Origin: Entomortierella parvispora E1425
Lineage: Eukaryota > Fungi > Mortierellomycota
Assembly: GCA_020891255.1 (NCBI GenBank)
Contig: BQFW01000007.1
Coordinates: forward strand, 1,364,001 to 1,428,000
DNA: 64,000 nucleotides
Direction of reading: 5' to 3'
Program-made: the position numbers and the translations under genes
Notes under the pieces: model-generated
The model's database searches: none
Told to the model about the DNA's origin: nothing
Seen by the model: only the letters and a program-made list of their open reading frames with translations
Shown here: positions 20,385 through 33,275 of the stretch, one piece after another
Layout: the number at the start of each line of letters is the position of its first letter
Numbering within the stretch: the stretch's first letter is position 1

Positions 20385-21656
20385 GATTTTTGGTCTAGGT
20401 GATCAAATTCCGGCAATGGGTTGAGTTATGGATGAACGCTCTTCAATTGCTATACCAAAAAGGGCTGGCTATAGTCTTACCTGGAGATGGGAAGGAGAAA
20501 GGGAGAAGGGGGGTTGCAACTAGTCTTTTGTCAATAGTTGATGTGAGTCTCGAAAGTGGTGTTTGATGTTGTTTGAAAGGCAAGTTGGGATGAGCTGGAG
20601 AAAATTCGGTGGACCGCGATACTGAGAATCTTCATGCGAGCAGAGTAAAGTCAGGGTGAAGCAGGTTGAGATGTTGAAAGGACGAAATCGGACACGAGAC
20701 AAGGCGTTACCGGGTAGTGATTATGAATGGCTCCTCCGCCGGGAATTACCGTTCCTTTATATGTTTGTGGCAATGTGATAGGGGATTGAAGTCTCCATGC
20801 CAAGGCTGTTTGCAATTTTTTTTTCCAGCAATTCGCGCACTTGCCTGGTTCTCTCCGTTACTCAAAATGCTGTGTCCATGGCTTTTGGATGCTGTGTCCA
20901 CGACTTTTTGCATTATCGATCGTGGGAAGCCGCAGTGACTGAAGGGTGACTGACTGAAAGAAGAGACCCGGCGACCTGGCGACCTGGCGACGCTAATTTG
21001 AACGGTCATCCCCGTTAACATGCCACAAATCCAGCGAATAGACGTAGTTTTGGTCCCCAAAACGAATGGTCGCCTGCTTTTTCAATGTCCCTATTACTGA
21101 TGATAATACCAACAGTCTGCCGGTTGACCAATTGGCATGGCCGCCAGAGGGCTCAACATGAAGTGCCGTCCACAACACAGTCCAAACTAACCAGCTAACC
21201 AGTTATCAATTCTGCCCCCCTAAAAATCACCACCGCAACCACGAGCGCCTGCTTGTCCTTCAAACGAGTGTGGGAAAAAAAGAGAGGTCCACTTGACTGG
21301 ACTAACAATTGGGAATGCCGGGTAACAGACAAGCACATCAGTCAAACATGTAGTATAGTGCTGGCTGCACACAAACTTGAGAGCAGTTCGTGTCCACCTC
21401 CGCCGTGGGGTGGGGCAGAGAACAGCCCATCATGACCAACAAATGGTACTTTTTAAAGTCCCATGTTCTTCATAGATTGTTACTGAGCGTCGTCAGCTTG
21501 GCGTTCGTTGTCTCCTTGGCCTCAAACCGTTCTTTGTCAACGAAAAGTACTTTATTAAATATTGAGCACGCATGGGATTTTTCTTTGTATGCTTGGAATC
21601 AAAGTTGCGCCTGGTCAAAATATTGGGTATCTGACTGTTTAGCACCATGTTCAAGT

Positions 21657-24600
21657 CTACTTGGGACTATCCTCCTGATGTGGAGGGAAGGGCGGGTGAA
21701 CATGCAAAGGCACAGGTTCATGAGGCACCTCTGACAAAAGGATCTCACTCTGGGTCCTCCTCGGTGTCACCTCTGGAGCGCCGCTACTGCTCGTACCAGT
21801 GGTAGGTGGGTGAGTCTCAATCTGGTGTGATTCTGCTGGCTCCAGTTGTGGATGACTGGCTGATGGTTTTCTCCTAGGAACATCCCCTTGGAGAGTCGAG
21901 ACTTCGTCCCCCTCGTCTTCATCATCGTACAATCCGTCGTCATCGCTATCCCTACGCCATCTGGAAGAGACTTGTTGACTATGTCCACCATAACTACTAC
22001 TGCTGCTGGTGGTTATAGTTGTGGTCGTAGTCGCACTGCTCTTTATCCGTGCGTGAGGTTGAACATAGATAGGGTGTTCCATATTATTCTCCTCTCGAGC
22101 CTGATGACTCTTGAGCGCATCGTCCATCGTATGGACAACGGCCAATTTCTGCTGCAGGCGTCGCTTGAGTAGAGCCTGAGTGTCCTTGACCAGAGATCCA
22201 CCCATAGGATCGGGCATCTCCACAACTTTATAATGAGTTGAGGAGGACGATGAGGACGGTTCTGGGTAATAAATGGCACCAGATCCAGGAAGTTGGCCTG
22301 CCAATGTTCCCGATGTCAGAGGAATACTCGACTTGACAGATGGGCCAGGTGCTCCAAAGTGAACAGTGGGTCCGTAGGTCGTCGGTGAGTCTGTTTCAAT
22401 CGCTGAGGGACTGACTTTGGGTCGTCCAGCAGGAATCTGCACCTGACTTTGTTGCACAGCTGCTGGTGCAGTAGATTGCTTCATTCCTCCCCGTCTTGGC
22501 CAGCTGCCAAATGCGGAGGATCTCAGGACACCACCTGGAGGCGCACCTGCACTTCCAGGTGGAGGAGGTGCACTCGAGGACCAGCTTGCTCCAGATGTTC
22601 CAGGTGCAGAGGGGCCCATAGTGCTAGCTGCGCTTGGGGGAGGGCTCGTGGGGCTAGAAGGGAGAACCCTGGATGTTGCCGCTCCACTTTCGGACGTAGG
22701 TGACTGACTCAACTCACTTTCTGTGCCTGGAGTTGTGACCGTAGTTGTGGAGACTGTGGTCGGCGCTGTGGTTGTGGTGGTTTGGGCCAGATAAGCCGCC
22801 ATCAACTCTGTCAACTGAGAAAGATCCTGATTGAATCCATTCTGGGCTGCCTTGAGATCCACCAACTCTTTTGCGACCGCCTGAACGTCCCTCAGAACTG
22901 CTCTTTGAGATCGCATCGCATCCTTTTGTTCGCTTGAGACGGTGTCGACCAGGAATCGATTCTCAATCGACAAATTGGATTTGCTGGCAATGTAATACTT
23001 TGACTCGTACAGTTCTGCCTCCTGTTCACTGGCTCCGTAATAAATATAGTCTGGGAAATAGTTGCGGTTCTGTCGAGCTCCAGGAGTCATGAGGAAAACT
23101 TCCACCTCTGAAGGTAGCAACAACATGAGTTAGTCCTGAGGTGGCTAAAGCGAGCATAGATTGAGAACATTGGGTCCAAAAAAAAAAAAAAAAAACCTAC
23201 CGGCAATCACCTCAGACCACTGTTTGAGCCAGGCAAGCTGACCCTGATCCTTACTCTCATTGAACGCATCGTTCATCAAAGCTATGTAACATCAACCATT
23301 CGAAAAAGTTAGCTAGCAGCGACATAAACTAGCCCATTGCTATCATATAAATGTCGACAAAAAAACCTGTCGCACATACCAATAAGAATGTTCAGAAGCA
23401 GGATGGCCGTGAAAAAGTTGAAGATCACCATCATGATATGGAAACTGGTCGATCCATAGTCAAATTCGTTTGATACAGGATCATATCGTCCAGCCTATTC
23501 GTCATAGAAGAGAAATAATTGGTGTTGGTTATTTGGATTCTGGTATCCCTTCACCACTCCTTCTCTGCTCAAATTCGAAACAAAGAGATGTTGTCACTTA
23601 CAAGGAAAAAATACGTTGCGGATAAAGCGGACCAGAAATTATCAGGATAGCCAGGGCCATCTGAAGAGTTGGTGGGAAGGCCATCTATTTCATTGGGGTA
23701 ATATGCATCTGTTTTCATCAGGTGCAAGAGCGCATGCGTAAAACTGATCAAAAAAAGGCCAAAGACCAAAAAGAACCAGACGATTCTGCGCGTAATATTC
23801 AAGATGATGTTGACGACAATTCCCAACTGCTTGATGACTCGCAGTTCAAAAAGCTACGCGTAATATGGTTGTGAGTTATCAGTACATCGATTGGCATTCG
23901 TAATGATATAATGCAGACACGCACACGCGCTTACAATGTTGATGTACAGGGCAAGAATTGAAAAACTCAGGACCCAGACTTGACGAGGCTGGGTTTCCTT
24001 TCCAATCTGGTAGTCCAAGAATAAGAAACAGCCAACTACTGGCATTACGTAGGCCGCCAAGTCCATATAATTGTACGGGGAACTATCAGGAGAACAGATG
24101 AAAAAAAATTCTACTGTTAGTTTCAAAGCTTCTATTCCTTACCTAGCTGCCAGTGGCTCTTTCCTTACGCGATATATTTCTTGGGAGAGTCCATAAACTG
24201 ATATGCCTCATAAGCAATGAGAACAAATCCAAAGGCAGTCGTTGTATGGAACACTGGTCGCCAATTTTCCATGAATCGCAGTTGAAGGTCCTCTCCAGGT
24301 TTAGCCGTTGCCTCGAAAATGCTAATTTGCTCCGCCGTGATAAGAATGACCAGAATGAAAAACACGGCCACGATCATGAATCGAAGAGACCAATAGAAAA
24401 ATCCAAACTTGTGCCTATAATCGAAATCCAAAAAGGAGAAGGATCAGTGGCCTTTTCTTCTCATAAATCGAAGAGACAAAAAAAAACATGCGACTTTAAC
24501 AATGAACAAGTCTCTGCCCTTGTCACTTACCATTTGAACTCCAAAGTTGAAACCATAGCCGGACTGTCGAAAAAGTCCTGGCCAGCAATATCGATGAATG

Positions 24601-27600
24601 CAGACTTGGAGGTTGCTTTGCCAGATGTCCAAGGTTGATAGGTACCATACATGGATAGCTTTGGGAAAGGCGTGACAAAAATCTTGTGAGAATAGGGCGA
24701 CTGCATAGCCCTCTTCTCATCTTCGGCTGCAATATCTCTCTTTGGCGGGAATTTGTTGTGACGCTTATCGCGAATCGAGGTCTCGATATTCAAGATGTTG
24801 AGCATGCGCATGGCCCTGAATGGCAATTGAGACCGCAGACTAAACACTGGTCGCTCGTAGTCGTTCACATTATTGGATTTTTCAAATTTGGGTGTCCAGA
24901 ACATGAGCTTTGACTTGAGCCATTCCCCGTACTGGTGGTTTGCAATGATGGCGTGGGAGGATACATAGCCATAGTTGTGTGCAGGGACGTATGAGGCCTT
25001 ACGGAACATGTCTGCCAACATGGCTGGGTACCGATCTGACAGCTCGTTAAGGCACTGGACGGCGGGCATAAGGTAGGCAGGGTGGTACTTTTTGGCATTC
25101 TTGATGCAGTACTCCAGGAAGGCCTCAACCAAAGGTCCATTCCTCACTTCAATCGCTCGCTTGATGGGATTCAGTGCCTTGTTATCGCGAGGGATCCAAT
25201 CACCATTGGCAGAGTTCAGCAGACCCTCCACGAAGGTATGGTTCGTGCGCTTCAGATAAGGATGGTCCAGCAACAGAGTCAAGACTGTCACCACATCCGG
25301 TCGTGCTTTAGCTGGCGTCATGTTGATTGGGAGTGCTTCTCTCTGGCTATCCTCTCGGTCACGATGGAGTAGATGAAACTCGTCGTCTTCATCGTCTTGA
25401 CGCCTGTTAGCATTACCATGCATCGTGAAGTCTTCGCCGACAACGACAGGTGCCTGTGAAGGTGAGGAGTTGGCGCCTTCATTGCCTAGAGCAACAGCGG
25501 CGGCTGCAGGACGAGGTGACTCCCTGCGACCTCCAGGGGATGACTTTCCTTGTTTCTCGTCACTAACATCCTTCTCAGCCATATCTGGGGATTTTCCTGG
25601 TTTTGGCTGTCTAGGAGGCTTTCCTGGTCTGTTTTTTGGAGAGTAAACGCCAATCGACATCATACGGTTGATATGCTCTCGTGTAAACCGAAGGATAGCG
25701 TCTGCGTGATCCTCAAACGTGAACGACTGCTGAGCTCCATCTCGACTTGTTTTTTTGCTCTCCCGATTTGAGTATGAGTAAGCCGCTGCCAAAAGGTGGA
25801 CACTCCGGAAACAAAACAGAATGGCATACCGGGCCCCAACAGATAAAGGTCCTGGGATCGAGATCATCTTCTTCCTTTGCTTCTCGTTCATTTTGATCTC
25901 CGCTACGGTATTCCACGAGGTCGTATCGACATAGACCGAAGTACTCAACGTATCTTGGTAATAGTCGTACACATTCGTCGACTTATAAGCGGATCCACCC
26001 GGCTCAATCTCTTTGTCGTCTTTAGGCTGACTCCAGAAGCACTGCAGACTGCACTTTGTGTTCTCGAGCGTCGGTAAATTCCAAACTTGGAGCGACTGCA
26101 TGCCGTTGACTGCAAAGCGTGTCCAGTCTGGAAGGAAAAAGGCCGTCAGCAAGTTTTCTGGGTGGACCACATCAGCTGTGGTGGCTCTCATCCACGGCTC
26201 TGGGACAAATGAAAAGATAATCTTTTGTGTCTTCTCCAAGATGTTCTCCTCGATGACCTCTACACGATGGACAAAGTATGAGACTCCGTCGCCTTCAGGT
26301 AAGAGTTCTTTGTGGAATCCAGTCTGAAGTCGATACTTTTTGTGTTCCTCAAATTGAGAGTCGCAGGAGATGTCCGTAGGCTCTGCCAACTCGACAGCCT
26401 CATTGGTCTTGATGACTTTTGAGCTCATTGGCTGGTGAGAGATATAACAGTTAATCTTTGAGCCGTCGGGTTCGCAGATGATGCCTCTGTTCCAGTTTCC
26501 TTTAGTGTAGAAGAAGGCGAGGGTTGTAGTGCCAATCGATGGAATCGGGATCTGGTTGATGGGTGTTTGCGATTTGAGTTGAAGTGTGTCGAGAATGCAG
26601 GATTTCAGTTCAAACGTGACGCTGTCTCGCAGGATCACAAAGAGCTGGTCATCCTGAGCATGAAATCCCACATGCTCAATCTTGTATCCAGGGAACTTGC
26701 GGTCATCAATAGCCATTCCTGTGTTGGCAAAGTACGTTGTCAGACTGCCGTCAACACTCGCCAACGCCACGATGGACTCGTGAGGGGAGATCGCCATTTT
26801 GGTGTGACCACGAAAAGTCGATCCTTTGAACCGTGCGTTCTCAATACTGGAGATGTGAGCGATATTGGACCCTGTCAGCAAATTCCAGATGGTACAGCTG
26901 CGACCTCCATCTTCGAGCCACATAAACGTATTGCTGCTAATCGCCTCCATCATCATCTTACAGGTGATTCGTCTTGAGAGAGTTGGGATAAGGTCGCTCA
27001 AGGTGATGGTGTGCAAACGACTCCACTTTTTCTCTGGAGATATCTCGTAAACATCCAGGTAAAGTCCGTTGCAAGTGACAAAGAGAGAGTTTCGAGTAGT
27101 CTCATGTGATTTTCCTCCATCAGCCACGTTCGATTCGTCGCCATTTTCGTCCTCGGTAGAAGTTCCAAGTGCGGAATTGACGTCGTTCTTTTCCCAGTCA
27201 CTCTTTTTCATCTCCGGTAGGAATGTACCGAAGCCAACAAAAGTTTGAAGCAGCGAGCTGTCCCAGGTGACGTCAATAAGCTGGACAGGACCTGTCGCAT
27301 CGACAGGAGGGTCTGCAGTGTTGTAGCTGGCGTTTCTGTCGTTGCAGGGTCGATCCTCGGTTTGATCAGGCGATTTTTCGTCCATTATACTAGGCTGTGG
27401 TCCATCGATGTCCAAAATAACGTTCTGTTGGCGAACCAATGGATTGTTGAAGAGTCTGAAACGGAAGGATGCCTTTTCAATGTCTGCTCCATCTGCCCAT
27501 TGACCAATCTTGGGTTCTTGAAAGAGGGCAATTTGATCTCCTGTGGTAGAAATAGCGAGCCCGATAGCCAAATCCCCGACTCCTTCGTGTCGGATCGTAC

Positions 27601-29283
27601 CGATTGCAGCTTCTTTGTAGAGCTTGTTCAGACTCCTGGACGCGTTGGTTGGGTTTCGTACGATACCCATATCATATACTTTTATAAAGGCTACATCCTT
27701 GGTCATACCCAGTGTCGCGAGGAACCGGCTGCCTTTAGAAACGGCAATACGAGTGATTGGGGCTGGTGAAGACAACAAGGATGCTTCCTGGGGGATGAAT
27801 TGAGGCTTGGCAGTGTCGATGGTGAAGTTGGGGATTGCCGCGCGCTTTGCCACCATGTTCCAAACGTCATCTATGAGAAAGAGTCAAGGTTAGAGCGACT
27901 GAGGCACAATCCCTTGGTCTCATGTCTTTGAATGACACTCTGTCCAATGTGGATTTCATTTCAAGGAGTCGGACTATTTACCTTGTGCCTCCGCCTTCAA
28001 CGCCATGGGTCGGATTTCGACGTGCTCAATGACCAGTCCTGCATAGTCGTCTCGACTCTGGTTCTCGTTGTTACAGAGGATGACCTGGACCTTGCAGTTG
28101 CCAATATGGGGCTGGATCACTAGTTTCTCCTCCAACATCAAGTTGTACCAGCGGTCCTTGGCTACAAGAAATTTAAAAACAGTTTAGCTTTCCGATCCGT
28201 GCAGCCTGATTCTAAGATAGTACGTGAAACTGCAATTAGCCATGCGGGATGGTCAACGGGATGCTTACCGAGCAAGCTGAGTTTATGAGCAGGCATTATG
28301 ACGTCCAAGGTACCACTGATGTCAGGCTCGGTCTAAAGTGCACCCCCGAAAGGCCGACAGCGGTGTAAAAGTTAGTCCCTGTTTACAACAAGCAGCAAAC
28401 AGGCGCGGGCTGAGCTACCGGAAACAAAACAAAGGATACTTACTTCGTACCAGACATTGACCACCAAGTGGAGACCATTCGGGATGGAAAAGTTCTCCAG
28501 AGCCTTCACCCGCCAATGGACGCTGTAGTGGCCCGCGCTGTAGTTTTTGAATTCGGCGCAGAGCTGAAAAGGATGAAAAGGAGACGTCAAGTTGGAAAAG
28601 ATCAGAATCAGAGTGATCGCCCATTTTTTCTTGGATCAGAATCTAGGGGCGGTCGTTGCCGAGGAAACTTTCCTCGGCCGGATGACATACCTTGAACGCA
28701 GCAGTCTCGGCGGGGAGGCTGGCAGCCATGTCGGGTCTAGATGTGGCAAGGAAGTGGAACGTCAACATGGGGAGATCAAAGAGGAGACTGAGAGAAAGAG
28801 TGCACGAGAGATCGATGTGGTTGTTGGGCCTTACAATGGTCGGAAATGGGGTCTCCTGAGATAGGAGAGCAGAGCAAAGGAGAGAGTTTGTCAGCTAAAG
28901 CAGGCAGGAACCATTTATTGCAGGTACTTTGCTGTCGACACACATGAACAAACTTACTGGACCCTGCCGCTGACGGTGTACATCCTTGCGCGGGAGAAGA
29001 ACATGTCGTTCGAGAAAAAGAAACGTCTCTGAGGGAACTCGCACGGATCCGCTTTCTTTGGCCCTTCTGGGGTTGAGGACAAGACAGCGGCGCGCAACTT
29101 TGCGAACGAGGACAACGGCTTCTCCTTCTGCTCATCCTCATGGTCGATATCGGCCATGGTGGGGATGGATGAATAGGGTGCGTTAGTGGCGGTCGTTTCG
29201 GTGGACGAGGGGACAAGGGGGGGACTCTCGTTCATGTCTTGAAGCTGCACGGTCGAGTCTCCGCGGTGCTTCTTCCAGAACAT
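21657..29283 (-). CDS. Large multi-exon TRP-like cation channel: PP2-like lectin domain, WD40-like beta-propeller, degenerate ankyrin-like segment, 6 TM with pore, coiled coil and disordered tail
   Basis: About 14 exons joined by GT-AG introns; LEFK|W before S1; SPYNYMDL (S3), FELRVIKQLG (S4-S5 linker), pore helix NFWSALSATYFFL|AGRYD, S6 FTAILLLNILI|ALMNDAF, post-S6 AWLKQWSEVIA; propeller-like strands AVSKGSRFLATLG, AISTTGDQIALF, CTIWNLLTG, SLQVWNLP. Confidence 0.85.
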
Positions 29284-30563
29284 GCGTTGATGCGGCTGTG
29301 TTGTCCTTGCCGCCAATCGTCGGTCTGCGGCTGTGGACAGTCGTGAGGTTTGTGGTTGTGGTGCAACGGCTATCGATAAATAAGAATAAGATCGATTGCC
29401 GAGGGAGAGGCCAAGGGAGGTGTTGGAGTAGACGCGTAAAAAGGGGAATGAGGGGTCGCGAAGAGACGGATGGATCGACCCAATGAGATGCAAAAGTGCC
29501 CGATGAGGATGGAGGATGAGGGATGTGAATGGAGGGAGGGAGGATGCAAAGGAGAAAGAAAAAGAAAAAAAAGAGGACAAAGACGCCCCCGCCCATGGTC
29601 TGTTTGTTTGTTTGCCCTCCTGCTTTCAAATACACTTTGGGCGGGGCACAGCCTGGTACCCTGTGGCCCATGGTCCAATGGTGGCTGGGCCAATGTCGGT
29701 TTGTTCCGCCTCCTTGCAAGCAGGGAGACACCTCTCCATCCCCTCTCCTTCCAAGAACCCCTGTTGCTTCTGTCCTTGCCGTTGTTGTTGTTGTTCGCTC
29801 AAGTTCAGGTGCACCCATCTTCCCGTCCATCTCCATATTCATCCCTGCCTGCTCATTGTTCACGTAGTCCATCTGGTATCAATCACCCCGACCCCTTTCT
29901 GCTCTGGCTTGCTCTCAATGTCATGGCGAGATGATGGCTCTCTGTGTGGTCTAGCCCTCTCTAAATCTGAGCATCGATCCAAGAGAGGACAACAAACGGA
30001 CCTTGGCGGTTCTCCTCTTTGCTTGGTTCCCTTTTATTTCTCCGCCATCCACGGTATTCTGCAATGGATCGATCATTGCTCTTCCGCGGCAACATCCTTT
30101 TTTTTTTTTTTTTTTTGTTTTTTCATGATTGCGCCTCCATGCATCATTAACTGCATGCTCTCTTTTGCTGCACTCCCACTGGTGTGCTCCTCCCCATTCA
30201 TTTCCCAGTCGACTTTTTCTTTCCTTGTCCAGGAGACCTCTTTTTCCCTTCTTCGGATATCGCCCAGGTTGACGCTATTTTCTGCATTTGATCCCGTTTT
30301 CAGCCTGCTCCAACTCATGCACGTTTACGCCTCCTTTTTTTGTGTTTTCCAACTTCCGAGAGCAGCAACAGACATTTAGTCGTGGGATTTGGTTCAACTC
30401 GTTTCCAGGGTCTCGACCATGCATCTTTTTTCTTTATTTCTTTGTCCGATCAGGGTCGCGTGGCCTCATTCGGTGATCGGACCTCGTCTTTTCTTTGCCT
30501 TCTTCGCTGACCTTTTGCCGGGACAAAGGGTTAAAACCGTCTTCTTGACCCTTCTTGACCACA

Positions 30564-30790
30564 TCAATGGGAAACTGCATTCCCTGAAGCTGCATCGATC
30601 AACTTTTTGGATGACTGGTGAGTCTTCAACTTTTCCAAAGCCTCACAGAGGCACTTTGTGATATCCAAGAAGCCAACGACTTCGCCATCAGTACTGAGAC
30701 AGGGCAAGTGACGGAAACCGCCATCGACCATTTTGTTGAGTGCCTCCGTTGCGTTGGTAGACACAGAAAGGGTTCTGGAATAAACGATGT
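30564..30790 (-). pseudogene. Decayed CBS-domain exon of a Mug70/CBSCBSPB-type (CBS pairs-PB1-TM) gene
   Basis: NPFC(frameshift)STNATEALNKMVDGGFRHLPCLSTDGEVVGFLDITKCLCEALEKL followed by a premature stop; preceded by an intron-like acceptor (CTAAC...TTCCAG). Confidence 0.75.
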
Positions 30791-32361
30791 AAACGAGGCG
30801 TTAGGATGAACGCCCACTTTTCTCTCTTGGTCCAGCTCTGCAGCTTTCAAAAGTTGTATAGGGATCACCAAGCTGGTCCTGAACAGGGTCCGTTTGGATA
30901 GAGCCATGTTCAAGTCTAGCTGCCCGACTCACAATGCTTATTTCGCAATCATGCAAGACGAATCCTGGATACTATTTCCCGAGTTGCACGATCCCATTCC
31001 GAAAGCGGCCCATTCTTTTTGAAAGTCCTCCAGGCTAGAAGCCCTGGCTTGGGAGCTGGTGGAGAAGGTACCAGCGTACCAGCGTACCAGCGTGGACAGT
31101 TCTATTTGTTCGCGCTCTTTGCGCAGTACAGGGATAAAGTCGAGGATTGCGGAAACAATATAATCGGTGCTGGTTGCGATTAGCCCCGACTCGATTCACC
31201 CACAGGGAGGATTTGAACCGCTCTCTGTTCAGTCAAGATATTCTGATTGAGCAGTTAGAGAGTTGCCCAAACAGCCTGGCTACGTGCATCTGACTGGATT
31301 TTCTTTAAGAGGTTATGGCTTTCTGGCAGAATCCAGTATAAATGAAGGGTTCTCAAGGCTCTCAAGGGCAGGAAGGATCATTGTATTCTGTCTTTATGGA
31401 CAATATTTCCTGGGTGTGTCGCAGGCGAGAATAAAAAGGACACGTTGCTGGTTCCCATGAGACATGGTGGAATGTAACCACCTTTGTCTGATTGTCCATT
31501 CTCGCGTGGTCATGCAGCTATTCGCTGCTCCATTCCATGCAGGCAGACTCGCGGGCCAATCACACGTCCAGTCCAGCGAGAGTGCGTCAAAAGCCCGGGA
31601 CAGATTTACAGGCCGAGAATGACCAGGGACGCGCTCGCTGGACGAATGTCAATTTCCTGGTCCGTGTGCACGCACCTGTTTTTGCACATGTACGCCCCTC
31701 TGCTACTTTCTCTCTCTCTTCACTCTCTTCCTTTCCTCCCTCTCAACCACCACCCTCACCACCATTCCTAATCCACCTTGACATTCGCATTCCATCTCGG
31801 TCATGCTCCATCCCTGCCATGACCCAAGGTTGCCCGAGTGACCCTCACTCGCATGCACTCACGCAAGAGTACTGCTCGCGTGCTTTTAAGGTAATTTGAA
31901 ATCCAACCAACCAAACAAACAAAGGCGCGCCTGCCCTTGCACAGCGACCCCCGCCCCCTTGCATGCCACCTTCTTCCTCAAGTGCTACCAACGTAGTACT
32001 GCCACGTTCAGCCCCACCTTGCTGCTAGCCAGGCGCAAACACACCACGCCATGCTATCTGCCTCTCCAGGGCTCTATCCGGCAAGCTGGCCTTGTGAGGC
32101 GCAGTCCCTGAAAAGCGCCTCTCTGAAGGTCACCAAGGGGCCTACCTACCTGTCAGCAAGTGTTCTCTCTGTGCAGAGAACCCTGTCCTTTGTTGTCCGC
32201 CGATTTTCCTAGAGGTCCCTCCCCTCATGGTCGCTGAGGCCGAGCGATGCACTCCCCAGCTCCCACAAACTCAGCTTGGATCTCAAGAAAGTTCTCTGCT
32301 TTTCAAGACCATCGTCTGCCAAGAGACTCTCTGTAAAGTAAGTACACCTCTCTGAAGCACA

Positions 32362-32362
32362 C

Positions 32363-32414
<52 letters not shown>
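32362..32414. repeat. C18 homopolymer joined to a (CA)n microsatellite
   Basis: Read directly from the sequence. Confidence 0.95.
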
Positions 32415-32417
<3 letters not shown>

Positions 32418-32914
32418 CTCCACCCATCGAAACGCCTCTCCCCAGAGCTCCCACAATCCACTCACTCCTGCGCCCACCTTTGCTTTTCTGCCGCGCAGTC
32501 TGGTCGCGTCAATACAAAAAAAAAAGCAGTCCAGCTCAATTTTTTGATTTTTCGCCAAAATCCAAAAAAGACGCGTCTTCCATCCATCCATCCGTCGAAG
32601 GTCCTTGAGGAACAAAGTATGCGCCTTCCATCCAACCAACACCCTTATCGGGAATCGCAGGGTAAGTCCTCTCACTCTTACTGGATGTACTTTCCTCATA
32701 TGTAAGAGATGACTTCTAACAACTCGGTATCATTTTTGACCGCTTTCTTTCAGGTCCGACTTCCATTCAAAGAAACGTGCCTGATGTCTTCGCCTAGCTG
32801 TCATCCGCCTGTGTACATGAAAAGGTAATGGCGACAAGTTTGATTTTATATGGTGTTTGTTCGTGTTTTGACGATGAAGGAGATTATGAAGAAGGACAGG
32901 GAGGCGGGAAAGAG

Positions 32915-33275
32915 CTCTGTGGCTGTCATTGTTTCGGAAGACGATGTGGGGCTTCTACCTGACTAGAGTAATAACAGAGTAAGAGGGAGAGGACAACTCT
33001 GTGGCTGTCACCGTTACGGAAGATGGTGGGGGCCTCTACCTGACTAGAGTAATAACAGAGTAAGAGGGAGAGATGGATCTGATAGTGAATAGAGTATGAA
33101 AGGAGAGATTCCAGGAGAGAACTCTGTGGCTGTCACTGTTACGGAAGACGATGGGGGCCTCTACCCGACTAGAGTAATAACAGAGTAAGAGGGAGAGGAC
33201 AACTCTGTGGCTGTCACCGTTACGGAAGATGGTGGGGGCCTCTACCTGACTAGAGCAATAACAGGGTAAGAGAGA
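32915..33275. repeat. Minisatellite: about 4 copies of an 81-82 bp unit with an extra purine-rich insert between copies 2 and 3
   Basis: CTCTGTGGCTGTCA...CGGAAGA...CTACC(T/C)GACTAGAG(T/C)AATAACAG...TAAGAG starts at 32915, 32997, 33122 and 33203. Confidence 0.92.

Noticed and set aside
20520-21734. Short ORFs on both strands between the secreted protein and the channel
   Set aside because: No motifs, no consistent splice model; treated as intergenic/3' UTR
29183-30379. Several overlapping ORFs of 100-290 aa
   Set aside because: Derived from purine/pyrimidine tracts and simple repeats in the promoter/5' UTR of the channel gene; translations are compositional artefacts
32915-33275. CRISPR-like array
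   Set aside because: Units repeat over their whole length with no unique spacers; eukaryotic context and no cas genes
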